A stretch of 64,000 nucleotides of DNA from assembly GCF_035594765.1 (NCBI RefSeq), contig NC_085843.1:173205971-173269970 (forward strand), written 5' to 3'. Below, piece after piece: positions 24,953 to 37,554 of the stretch. This DNA is from Anolis carolinensis (taxonomy: Eukaryota). Position numbers and translations under genes: made by a program. How positions within the stretch are numbered: position 1 is the first letter of the stretch; each line of letters begins with the position of its first letter. The notes under the pieces were generated by a model, which ran no database searches, was not told the origin of the DNA, and was given only the letters and a program-made list of their open reading frames with translations.

Positions 24953-27247
24953 TGTGTTAGTTCAATCAAGAAATTGATTTCATATTCAACAGCTTAGCTT
25001 GTACCATAAAATCACATGGTCTTTATTTCTATTCAATACAAAAACATCTGTATTACACAAACTACTTGGAAAATTTATTGCTGTTAGCAATATATTACTG
25101 TTAGCAATATAATGGAAATATATATATTCATAAATATTTGGTAAATGCTCAAAGGTGTTTCACGAGTGTCTAGAAACCCTGATGAGGAAAATCCTGAATT
25201 GATGAGAATCTTTGCAGTTTGTGACTTATTACATGTAAAATTTATGCATAACTTTGCTCAAAGACTGAATTTTCTACATAGAAAACAACTTTATGTTTTA
25301 TTTTAAAATTAAATTTATTATTGATTTTCTCTTTTAAAAAATTTTTGCACAGAAAAATGTTGTTCCTAGCACAGTATTTGGGGCCTATTCTGTACAAAAT
25401 TTGCATACTTTTGGGGGGGGGGGGTTGGTACAGAAAATAGTATTTTCTGTGCAGGAAACAGCTTCTTCTTTTTGCAGAATTTGTTCCAGATTGTAAATAG
25501 TGTTTGAAAACCACATCATTTCTGAGGTTTTTGTTTTTTTTTGCAGGGGGATGAAAATAGCTAACAAACTTATTGTCCTGCCCAAAGGAATAGAGATGTC
25601 TCACTGGGATGTGGCAGATTATCAAACCATCTTGATAGATCAGCCCCATTAAGCCCTGGGTACGTTACCTCAATAGTTTTAATGAATGGCCTATTTCTTA
25701 AAGACTTTCCAACTTTTTCTTTAGCATTGTTTTCTATGAAACATATATTTATTACACAATAGTTGCTCTTCTCTCATACATACTCATACACAGGCTGATG
25801 CTACCTGACCTTCATGTTTTGAATATTGCATAAATTGTCATGGTAACTTATGTCAATGTCAATAAGAAAGCAATGTTTTTATGCAACAGAACATTTATGT
25901 AATAGGCACTCAAAAGGAAGGTACATTTATGACACACTGATCCTTACTTTACAGCCCTGAAATAATTCACCTATAGCTTGCATTAAAGTTAACAAAATGG
26001 AGGATTTTAAAAGAAAATTTGGCACTAGATGCAACTGCAACATGAAGAAAATTGGGATAAGTCCTGCCCCACAAAATACCTCAAAAACCAAACAAGAGCA
26101 ATTCAACGTGCTTTGGCAGACTTTTTATTCAAAACTAACGCTAGCTGCAAGAGACATGGAACAACTAGGTCAGTAAGCTTTGCAAAAGTGAACAAAAACA
26201 TTTCGAGCCCATGAGAGACCACTTCAAGCCTTCTTTCAAAATGCATACAGGGATGGCTTTTTGTTTCACCAGCCTCCGCTTTTCTTTAGATTTTGGTTGG
26301 CAAGCTTACAAATCTATGCTTTGTTTATAAGCAGAGGGAAAAGCAATTTTTAGGCAAATGTATTTGCTTTTCCCTTTACTCTGTTTTGCTATTCATTCCT
26401 GTCGCACAAAGGAGTTTAAAGGCAGCTGCTATTTACCTTGCCGGTTGTAGACAGGTTCACACAGATATAACAAGAACTAGAGTAGAATCTGATTCTTTTC
26501 CAGCCCAGCTTTCTTTTGCATTGTTTAGTGAAGCCATAGTGCTTGAACCCAGCACCAAAAGCCTATTTTTTCAGCCCTCTTTTACTGCTCTCCCAATAGT
26601 GCCACTGCTGAAAAACTTATAGTTAGACAGAGGAAAGAGTAATCGAAGGACATTTTAAAAAACCTTCATAAAAGAAAGCTTTTTTTGCAAGTGGCTTTGT
26701 TTACAAAAATATGTCTATATTCTAGGAGTGTTAATTTGGAAATATCCACAGTGGTGGAAATCTTTTATAGGCAATGGAGCTGAGCATACTTTCATGTCAT
26801 GTAAATTACAGAATTCTAAATAGTATTACAGTTCTGGTTTAGTTCCAGCCATCGTAGATGACCTATAAATGATAATTTTAAATATGTTGTCTTTACTTAA
26901 CAGTGACAGTAATTTACAGTAAAACTCCTTGTTGTTCAAAAGTGGGACCAGCAGGATTTCCCAAATTTTAGGTCTATTTCTAAATAAAATTTGAAATGAC
27001 TTTGGAGAGAATGGACTAGGAAAAAGATTCAGGGCAAAGCCAGTGTCATGTAGTGAGTAGATTATTGGATTAGGACTAGGGTTTCAGACTTTAGTCAACA
27101 TTGGCAAGGCTCAATGCTACAGAATCCTGAGATTTGCAGTTTGATGAGGTACCAGCAGTCTATTGCAGAAAAGGCTAAAGAGAAGACCTTATAAATGTTT
27201 GTTCCTTATAATGTTCTGTTCAATTCCCTACTTAAGACAGCTCAAAA

Positions 27248-28838
27248 ATGGATGGTGACAGAGCTCATGTAGTCATCTACAACAGCTGTGGGATATTTGT
27301 GTTCTTGTCAGAGAATGTGAGTAGTTATTCTTGTAGCAAAGGCAAGTTGGAAGAGAAGGTCTAGCGGCTTGAGGCCCATGTATCCGCACCCCAATATATT
27401 AGCAAAAAAAGAGGGTGTCTTGGACATAGCAGAGCAGACTATCTTGGTAGAGAAACACACAGGAGGTGTGTCTGAGGAGGAAGTCACTTCTCAAATACAG
27501 GAGGTAGATACTTTGGAAGAAAGTTACACATAGCAGGATAAAGAATCATTACAAGAATTTGGAGATATACAATCAATTCAAGATCACTCCAGCATCAGTG
27601 ATAATGTATAATACCAAGAAGTTCAACAGTGCTTGTCCTTGGGGAATGTGGGGGTGCCACTGGAAGTGTGAACACATGTAATGGCCACTGCCAAACAACC
27701 AAAGAGATGTGTGTTAGTGGTAGGTGGCTCCCTGCTAAGGAGAACAGAAGCAGTGGTTTGCGCATCTGAAAGGATGACTTGAAATGTGTGCTGTCTCTCT
27801 GAGGTAAAAAAGTGATATAACAAAGAGTCTGACAAGGCTTATCAAACCCACAACCCATACACTTTCATTTTGGTCCACATGGGAAGACACAAGACACAAA
27901 CTTCAGTAGATTAGGATTATGATGCTATGGGTAGGAAGCTGAAGATCCTTACAGGCCATCATTTTGTCTTTCCTCCCAGTTCAAGGACATGCACTAGGAA
28001 AGAACAGGAGGATAATAGAAGTGAATAACTAGCTTTGTAGTCAGTGCTGCTGGGAAAGATTTGGCTGCTTGCACCATGGTCTGAGGTTGAATTAAACTAG
28101 GATTCTGGCAAGAGATGGGTTGCATCCCACAGCAGTTGGAAGGAATGTTTTTGCAAAAATCCTCATAAGTTTTATCAGGAGGACTTTAAACTGAGTTATC
28201 TGATGGAGGGAGACATTATTCTTGAAGGCAAGAGTTTATCAGGACAGAATACCTTAATTGTTATAGAGAGCACTGGAAGAATGTACAGGAACTTAACAAA
28301 AAAAGGAAAAGAAACCTTAAATAATCCACTAATGGGCATGAACTATGGTATCTGAGGTCTCTACACTAACACACTAAGTGTGGAAATTAATTAGGAAGAA
28401 CTCTCAATACAACAAAGCAAATATGATATGCTTGGCATTGTTGAGACCTAGTAGGATGGGCCTTCTATTACTACCTACCAGGTAGTAATAGAAGGGTATA
28501 ACCTGTTTTTGAGAAGTAGACCAAACAGAAAAGGAGGATGTCATACTGATGAAAGGGTAATCTTCTTTTTTGTGCTTTATAGACCAGAGAACATGGAGTA
28601 ATAAATTCAAACTGCAGAAAAGTGATTTCATCTATATATTAAGAAAATCTTCCTGGCTGTAAGAGACATCTAAAAGTGGAATATGCTGCCATAAAGTGTG
28701 GTAGAGCCTGCTTCCCTGGCAGTATTTAAACTGGGGCTATATAGCCATCTGACAGGAATGCTTTGATTATGTGTTCCTGCATTGCAAGGTTTTGAACTAG
28801 ATGTCCCTTGTGGTCTCTTCCAACTCTATGATTCTATG
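27248..28838 (+). mobile_element. Old CR1 with decayed ORF1 (zinc finger + SGNH esterase), start of ORF2, large internal deletion and 3' end
   Basis: ORF1 motifs VLVVGGSLLRRTE, VCCL, LVHMG and RDGLHPT; APE start LYTNT, DMLGIVET. At ~28560 it jumps to the CR1 3' end, finishing TCCAACTCTATGATTCTATGA. Confidence 0.82.
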
Positions 28839-28938
28839 AAATATGTTCATTCTTTCAAACCATTAGCCCTTTCTAGTAGATCCAACTAGCACATTTCTTT
28901 TTTAATTCTTCATAATTCAACCAATGAGCTTTGAAGTA

Positions 28939-29277
28939 CAGTATTCCTTCACTACTTCGCGGTTCACTTTTTGCGGATTCACTGTTTAGCGGATTTTCAA
29001 TAAACTCTAAAAGTCTATTATAAATCATAAAAAATTACAATTTACAGCCTAAGGAAGAGAGGAAGGAAAAGCCAAAGGGAGAGAAATGGAGCCCAAGCGG
29101 CAACAGGAGGAGAAGGAGGTGATTTATCAACACACGATTGGTTGATAAAGACTTTAAAAAGTGTATAACTACTAAAATGTATAAATATTAAAATAAATAT
29201 AGTTTCCCTACTTCGCGGATTTTCACCTATTACGGGTGGTCCTGGAACCTAACCCCAGCGATAAGTGAGGGAACACT
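28939..29277. mobile_element. pogo/Tigger-like MITE
   Basis: TA|CAGTATTCCTTCACT ... AGTGAGGGAACACT inverted termini, with internal (T)CGCGGATT repeats. Confidence 0.8.
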
Positions 29278-32200
29278 CATGCTAGAAACCGAAATGCTAT
29301 GAAACCCTCTTACAATTTTTGTGGTGGCATATCTCTTTCTCATCCCAACTTCACTGTAAGCCAACGACAAATCTTGTAGAGACTGTCAGGTGTATGGATG
29401 TACACTTCAATGAATCCTATTGTATTCTTTATCTCATAATTAATAAAATCAGTAACCAGTTTTCCTAATATATTGATTCATTATTTAATGTCTTCACTTT
29501 AGAGAAGAACAAAAGTGCTAAAAAACCAAATGCACACTGAATATAGTAATGCAGTGGAATCAGGAGGTTGGACCAAGTCTTAGTCATGCTTATAGATAGA
29601 CCTATTCAATGGATCTATTTTAAACATGATCTGTATTCAACCCAATTACATATTGCTCAAAATACAACTGATTTATATAAGAGGCTCTTTTCTCTAGCAC
29701 CTGTTAAAGGTCGTCAAAATCCTATTAATAACTAGCTTTTCCTCCAAGACAATGAACAACGTGCTGTACCATATTTGACTTCCTGATGACTGAAATAAAC
29801 ATTATTGGCTCACACTGTGCTGTGTTTTGCGTACCTTTGAAACTGAGTAATTTATTCAGCATCATTCACTGGGTTTCACTGCTTATGGATACAAGAACCA
29901 GTATCATCCAAACTGCTCTAACTAGTACATAACATTGACTCTCAATGAAAACTATTCCTTGGCAAGTAGTTAAAATCCCTCAAAAGAAGCTCACTTCTCA
30001 TTAGAATTGAAGAGGTGCTATAGAGAGCCTTGGCAAAAACATCTGATGCAGTTTTTCATATTGGTGGAAGGGGTACCTAAGGATACTCAGGCTGACAGGC
30101 CTAATGCTAGAGACTGGCATCACGGTTCATATAAAACACTATTGTTTAACCACTTAGGAAATTCAGGGTGATGAACCTCTGGCTCAGGGTGCTCTGAGTC
30201 AATCACCCAGCCATTTTGCACTTCACTAGCTTCAAGACACGGACTTCTCAGAACTGTCACTGCCTCCTGCCTATACTTAAAAAAAACTTTCCCCAGTGTG
30301 ATACTGTCACATCAAAAACCTGCAGGGATGCTTTCCAAAGGCAATGATATTAAGACACTACATTCAACTGAGCACATCACCTAAGAGAAAAACCATTTAA
30401 TCCCAGATTTAATAGGTGACTGCTAACCCCACAAAAAAGAGAGAAAGAAATGGAATGGAGGAGTGCATTGAAGGTAAATCAGATTCAGTCAAGGGAGGGT
30501 GTTGTGTGGCAAGTTAGATGAAAAAAAAACAGCCCATGGGAAGTTATTAACTTTTGATTAGATTCAAGCAAAAAACATAATTTCTGTTTTAGGGTGGCAG
30601 AAGGTTTATTTTTAGCTGCACAAACGCAAAATAGGGGGAAATCAATGTAAACTTGTAAAATATTAAATCTGCTTAAGGCATAAACTGCACAACCTATTAA
30701 ACCAAGGAACTGGCACCACTGAAAAGTCAATGGCAGGACCAACTCTTTGAAATTTGATTATATTATATAATTTGACTATATTGTGATAAAAAAGCCAACT
30801 ACTGTGCAATGGAAGGACCTGGGGAATTGTAAAATGAATCGTAAAATCTCTCTGACAACATACACTTACCAGTGGTGGAAATTTCCTCACCCATTTGAGA
30901 GAAGGGCTTGCTAGATCAATGAAAGTGGCATTGTTTAGGTTTCTTTGACCAGTGGTGGTAAAATTGGGGAAAATACGGGATTGCAACTAAATGTAGTCTC
31001 TAGGTATTACACAGTTTCTAGATAAAAAGAAGAATTTAAATCACATTTACAGCGTTAGATGGGTGGGAGGTTTGGCTTTTTCAGTCTCCAAAAGGTCTTT
31101 TTTAAAAGACAGGCAGGCACTCTTGGATCTCCCCAACATGGGAAAAATTATCCTTTATCTCATACAGGCCATTTAAAAGCAAAAATATTTTTGGAGGATT
31201 TCAGTAGAGATTTGATCTTCGGGTTTTCTTTTTTTCTGGGAATGTTAATGTAGCCCCTCATCCTCTAATATTTCTGACCTATGGATGGCTTAAAAATATT
31301 ATCAATTATTTTTAAATGATTTACTCAATTGATGCTTCTCAGAACCAAATACAAATATAAACACAATTTCCATTGACAATCTACAGATTTCTAAGCTTTA
31401 ATGCATTCTGGAGAAGAAAAATGTGTTCAGCAACACAACATATTTGAAAAATCCACCAGTGAACATTATAGAATTCCAATAGATGTAAAGCACATTTTAG
31501 TAAGAGTGTAATATGTGTGCATTTAAGAAAAGCATCTGTGTCGGGAAGAGGGTGAAAATTCGTTTTCCCAATTAGGATGGTGCTTGATGTTGGGAAAATA
31601 AGATGGTCTTAAAATGGTCTTAGATTAATCCAACAATTATGAACAAATTTATAAATTTATATTTATAAAGCCTAAGTCACAATACTCTCCTCATCTCTGT
31701 TTCTCTCTCACTCAGTTCTATAAAGAGTGTTAATAATAAAATTTATCATGATAAATCTCTACCACTAACATAATTTTTAATACTCTAAATAAATAAAAGG
31801 CAACAACACCAAAAGTCATATTACTTTTGCCTATTTTAGATAGATTATTTCTCTATATTTGGACGTGATATATGCTTATTTATTAAGCCATAATCTGTTG
31901 TGGTTTTTAGGTCGGTAGTCCCACACTTTTGTCTCTAGATACAAGTCTTCTGAAAAAATGTGTGTAGCAACATCTGAGGACTCAAGGCTACTGCTGTCAA
32001 AATGTTTGCAATAGTTATTAGGTTTCCTGCTATTTTGGATGTTGTCACAGTATGGAAATAGAAAAAAAATGTAAAGGAGTCCAATGTATATCCAGCCATT
32101 TGAGTGTCCTTTCTTCTCATGCTGAATAAACTAACCTTGTTACACTTCACTCCAGAGTACATGAATTCTGACATATGTTTACCACCAGTGTATCTTGTAC

Positions 32201-33010
32201 TGTATTTGCATATGGTTCTAGGACCATATGCAAATAGGTACATGGCCCTTTCTTGAACCTACTACCAATAAATTTCACTTGGAGAAAGCAAATGTCCTTT
32301 TTTGGGATGTTGGTAGTACAGTCTGCTACCTATATTTCTGGAACCCTGTACCAAAAGATTCAGCAAAGGCAAGTCAGCTAAAGCAAGAAGAACTCTCAAC
32401 AAAGGAAAAGGCAACAGTCAATACTAAGCAAGCAAAGTCACTTCTTGCAGGTTCTAAAATTCAGTCAGAATGATGTGAGGAACTATTGGGTCTTCTTGTT
32501 TATCTCACTCTCTGGCTAGACTGCTTCTTACAGCTGGGATGAAGAGCACACCTACACTAACACTTTTTTGAGGTCCAATCATGGAATGTCTGGTTGCAGT
32601 TGGGACATCTGCAGCCAGTTCTGTTTGGTAATCAGCCCAATCGCCCCCACTATCTCTAAGTCATGGAAGACTGAATTTTGGAGCAGAATTCAGACTTTCC
32701 CTTGACTTTGGGTAATACCGGGTGTTAAGGTGGCTTTTCCCTGTGTCACCATGGATCAGACCCATGTAGGGTTTGGCTATCACAGGGCTGATCCTGATCT
32801 ACACTGACCTAAGTGATAAATGTAGCTGAGACCTTAGCCTTATTGTCTTGGTGGCTACTTACCAAGGTAGCAATGCCATGCCAAATGATAAGGTTGTTTC
32901 TTTAAAACATGGGAAGTTAACTAGTATGTGAATGTAGCAAACAGAAACAGAAACTAGGCAGTCTGTAGAGGTTGGCTGTTCAGTGATTAGGAATGTATTA
33001 AATAATTGTG

Positions 33011-33724
33011 TATCGCACCTCAGAATAACTTCACCTTGCTAGAGACACCAGTCTGTACACAAGACGTAGTCTTTTATAGTTTATTGAGGAATAAGTATAA
33101 GAATAGTTCAAAAGAGGTAGAAGTTCAATTTCAAAATATAGTTGCAAAACAAAGCTGTAATCCTTCAACCCATAGAAGCATAGGCATGAAACAAGATCCT
33201 TTTAACAAAAGCCAAAGTCCCAAACACAGGAATATATCCAGGCTACAAGGTAATACAGGAACGCAGACTTGCTACAGGAAAACTGACTTGGTTCTTGACT
33301 CTAGCTAAGACGTTGCTTTTGACAAAGATCTCCTTCTCAGCAAACCCTTTTTAAGAGCATTGCATGAAATCATTCCTTTGCCCTTTGGCTTCTTGTTTGT
33401 TTGCTATTTGAAGACTCCTTCTCACCCCACGGAATTCCAGACGGCTAGCATGATCAAGCTCAGCAGCCCCAGTGTCAAGGCCGTCAAGGCCGCTGAGCCC
33501 ATTAGTGTTATCAGAGCTACTTTCTGTTTCCAACACCTGAATTCCATCATCAAAAACAACCCCATTACTTCCCATGGGAAAAGCTCCTTGCCCTTCAGTT
33601 CCCACTATCAGAGTCATCCTGAAACTCATCATGAATTTGATCCTGACTCTGATTCCCATCATTATGCACTTGCATCCCAGAATCCTCATCAGAATCACAC
33701 AAAGGCAAAGGCTGAATCACAACA
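33011..33724 (-). mobile_element. Solo LTR, same lineage as 16312-17072
   Basis: Minus strand starts TGTTGTGATTCAGC and ends TTCTGAGGTGCGATA (compare TGTTGTGACTCAGC...TTCTGATGTGCGACA). 5-bp TSD TTGTG at 33006-33010 and 33725-33729. Confidence 0.85.
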
Positions 33725-35004
33725 TTGTGCACAAACACACATTTCACGTTAAAAATACTATTTCCTGCTATTCAGCTTCAGATTTTGGACTTGATAAGGC
33801 ACTCAATAAAAAGATTAACCACTATTGTCCTTTGAACAAGGATGGGCAAACCAAAGTCATGTGATCCAAAGATAGTTTTTGTGGCACTTGACCTTTCAAG
33901 GTTTCCCGGGCCAATTTTCTTTATCTCCTTTTGGTGAATAATTTCTTTTGGGACTCTTTTACACTATTCAATTACAGCACTATATTTTCACTAGCTAAAT
34001 ATATTCTATGGAATCCTGGGGCATGTACCTTTGGTGAAACAGTACAGCTCTTTGTCTGAGAATTCTAAATTCTCGTTCTTAAAGGCAAATCCTAAGATTC
34101 TTCAGGATAGAACAATAGCAGTTAAAGTGAAACCATAGTGTTATAATTGTGTAATATAAAAGAAAGCTTCCAAAAGTAGCAATTCACTTTTAAATAGTTT
34201 GCATGGCTTTTCACCATTGTTCCCCCCCCCCAAAAAAGAAAAAGAAAAAAGAAAGTTAAATTGATAACAAATTTATTGCTACTTCGATATTTAGTGCTAC
34301 ATCCCACTTAAAATGCATGACAATATCCCACTGAATCCTAGGATTAGTAATTTAATCAGAGCTCCTCTTGTGCCTCAGCATGCTACAGGCCTCAGGATTC
34401 CACAAGATGGAGCCATGACAGTTAAAGCGGAATCACAGTGCTATACTTGTGTAGCATGAATAGGATTCCTGTCACAGAAATGCAATCCTCAGTGAGAATA
34501 TCTCACTCTAACCTCTTTCTTTTTCAGCAGTTCAGATGTACATCATCATTTTATTCTGAATTTTGATTAAGAATGAGTGAAGTTGGGCCTTTCTATGGAT
34601 CTGGCCATATCTCCTGAACTAAACCCGATACTTGAGCAATCCATACATTTCCAGACTTGCAGTGTGTTATATAAAATAAAAAAGTTTGATAACAACATGT
34701 ATGCACATAATCACATTGTCTACATTCCTAAAATATATGCAAATGCATTTCAGTCAGTCGGGGTCAAGATTCATTCATGCATTCATTTGAAAATTATGCT
34801 GATGGAACAGACTCGGGCATGGAGAAAAGAAGGCATGCAAGGAAATGTACTTGACAGATCTGCCTGATCCTTCTTTTCAGAGTTTGGAAAGTTATTTAAA
34901 ACATCATTAGTTACAGTAGTGGCAGCTGGTAGTTTCCATGTCAGAGAAGCAGTGAATACAGCCTTGATTTTATTTTGAAATTCACAGAGGCTCTCCAAGG
35001 TGCT

Positions 35005-35273
35005 TTTTTTTTTTCATTTCAGGAGCAACCTAAGTTGCTTCTGGAGTGTGAGAATTGACCGTCTGCAAGGACGTTGCCCAGGGGACGGCCGGATGTTTTT
35101 TGATGTTTTACCATCCTTGTGGGAGGCTTCTCTCATGTCCCCGCATGGAGCTGGAGCTGATAGAGGGAGCTCATCCGTGCTCTCCCCGGGTGGGATTTGA
35201 ACCTGGCAGCCTTCAGGTCAGCAACCCAACCTTCAAGTCACAAGGCTTTTATCCCCTAGGCCACTGGATGCTC
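35005..35273 (-). mobile_element. tRNA-derived SINE (POMSINE-like) with TSD
   Basis: Box-B-like GGTTCAAATCCC on the minus strand, an A-rich tail, and TSD CTCTCCAAGGTGCT (34991-35004, 35274-35287). The family name is tentative. Confidence 0.8.
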
Positions 35274-36451
35274 CTCTCCAAGGTGCTGAATCTTTCTAGT
35301 ATTTTTAAAGTAATTAAAATTAAATTAAAATTACTTAAAAACCCCACCACTCTCAAGCCTATGTTAGATGATATGCTGTTCTTCCACTTATGTCACTAAT
35401 CACTCCAAATACAGCACAGGATACAGAAACACGCTGACCTTGAAAATGTTATAATCTTCCTTCATCCTTTTGTGAGGCTATCCTATATAAATGAAGAAGT
35501 AACTGAAGTTATTACACCACTAAAGAGTGTCCCTACCCTTCACTGAGTTGTGCTTTCAGTTTAATTTAGTCATATCATTGTTATTCAGCAAATTAACTCA
35601 TTTATAACTACTAACATTCAATCTCCGTTTTTTAAAATAACTGAAGCTGCAGGAAACTGCTGTCCTCAAAAGTCCATATAATTACTTCCACAGCTATTGA
35701 CATATTCAGTCCCATCATTTCAATTTTAAATTTCAGCTGTCACATCCAGTCAATTTGGATCTTGTGTCTCTTAGCTCTCTGGGGCCTGGCTCGCTCTGTC
35801 TGTACTCAAAGCAGGGGCAAGATGCCTGTCATCTCAGCAGGAAAAGAGTGCACCAAAGTTTAGACGGTTGCCATATTGAACAACTTGTTTCCTTATAGTT
35901 GACACGGATGTAAATCACTACAGTTCATTGACTTCAATGGATCTGTCAATCTTCCTGAGCGTAGAACCTGGCCCTTGGAGCTTGATGAAAATCCAGTTGT
36001 CAAGCTATCTGCCAAGATGTTAATGTTGTTCATATTACCCCAAAGTGACAGGGAGGAAGCAGAATTTAAAGCAATTGTTTGCCTTTCAAACACCAGCCAT
36101 TGTAATACCTTATTTGTAGCCTGCATCTGGCTGCAAACAACTGCACTATAGATCAACAAGTTGGCACTTGGCATTAAGCCAGCACAATAAAACATTATGG
36201 AAGAGATGAAGGGAAAGGAAGGGGGGAAATCCTTACAGCAAAATTACTATACCAATTGCCTGGTCGCTGCAGAGATCTTCAGCTCAGTTGGGCCAAGCAC
36301 CATTGAAATGAGCAAACGGTAATTAAGTCCACACCATTTGGCAATCACATCGAGCTAGTGAGGTACCACACTCCATGTTTCATTCTCAGAAAGTTACTTT
36401 AAAAGTACTGTAATAAGTTACAGCAATAATAATAATAATAATAATAATAAT

Positions 36452-36685
36452 AGTGATCGGCACACTGGGTGCCGTGCCAAAAGATCTCAGCCGGCATTTG
36501 GAAACAATAGACATTGGCAAAATTACGATCTGCCAACTGCAAAAGGCCACCCTGCTGGGATCTGCACGCATCATCCAAAAATACATCACACAGTCCTAGA
36601 CACTTGGGAAGTGTTCAACTTATGATTTTGTGATACGAAATCCAGCATATCTATCTTGTTTGCTGTGTCATAATAAAATAATAAT
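36452..36685 (+). mobile_element. R4/Dong-clade non-LTR retrotransposon 3' fragment in a (TAA)n tract
   Basis: VIGTLGAVPKDLSRHLETIDIGKITICQLQKATLLGSARIIQKYITQS* matches the C-terminus of restriction-like-endonuclease elements. TAA repeats flank both sides. Confidence 0.85.
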
Positions 36686-36847
36686 TTTCTTTTTTATAAT
36701 TTTAAGAGATTTTTAATACATATAATAAAATTAGGAGAAAAAAGGGGATGGAAGAAGGAAGGAAAGGAGGGAGAGGGGAAAAGGGGAGAAAAGGGGGATA
36801 AGAGAAGGGGCCATGGGGTTAAGATTTGTACTTCCATTCTTCTTCTT

Positions 36848-36890
<43 letters not shown>

Positions 36891-36894
36891 TTAA

Positions 36895-37478
36895 TAGGTT
36901 TATTTATATCCTGCCTCCATCTCCCCCGAAGGGGACTCGGGGCGGCTTACAGCAAAATCAAAATACAAGCAATGATTAAATATAAAACATCAAAGGACAA
37001 AAACAAAACCAATAATAAAATATACACAGTAGGTGAAAAAAACACAACACAGAATTAAAACATCAGATTAAAAACAATGAGGTTGCAATAGTGGATAAGC
37101 AAGGTGCACATTATGAGTAACAAATTCATAAATAGATAAAGTGCATTAGAATAATTTAAGGTCACATTAGGTAGGGAGGGGTCCTGAATAATATCAAGCA
37201 ATCAGGAATCAGGGGAAAAGCGAGCAGTGCAAAAGATCGAGGAGCATAATAATTGTGATGGAGAAAGGTGATTTTAACCAAAGGCCTGGGTGAAAAACCA
37301 AGTTTTCAGACTCTTCCGAAATGCCATCAAGGTGGGGGCTTGTCTGATCTCCCCAGGCAGAGAATTCCATAACCGGGGGGCCACTACAGAGAAGGCCCTC
37401 TCTCTCGTCCTCACCAACCGCACTTGTGATGGTGGAAGCGAGAGGAGGGCCTCCCCCGATGACCAAAGAGACCGTACA
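36895..37478 (-). mobile_element. L2 LINE 3' fragment
   Basis: RERAFSVVAPRLWNSLPGEIRQAPTLMAFRKSLKTWFF, with an L2 tail GCCGCCCCGAGTCCCC...ATAAATAAA next to (TAA)n at 36850-36890. Confidence 0.88.
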
Positions 37479-37554
37479 GGTTCTCTCCTCTCTTTATGGC
37501 TTGAGGCAGGTTACATCACTAAAACACACAATTTAATTAATTAATTAATTAATT

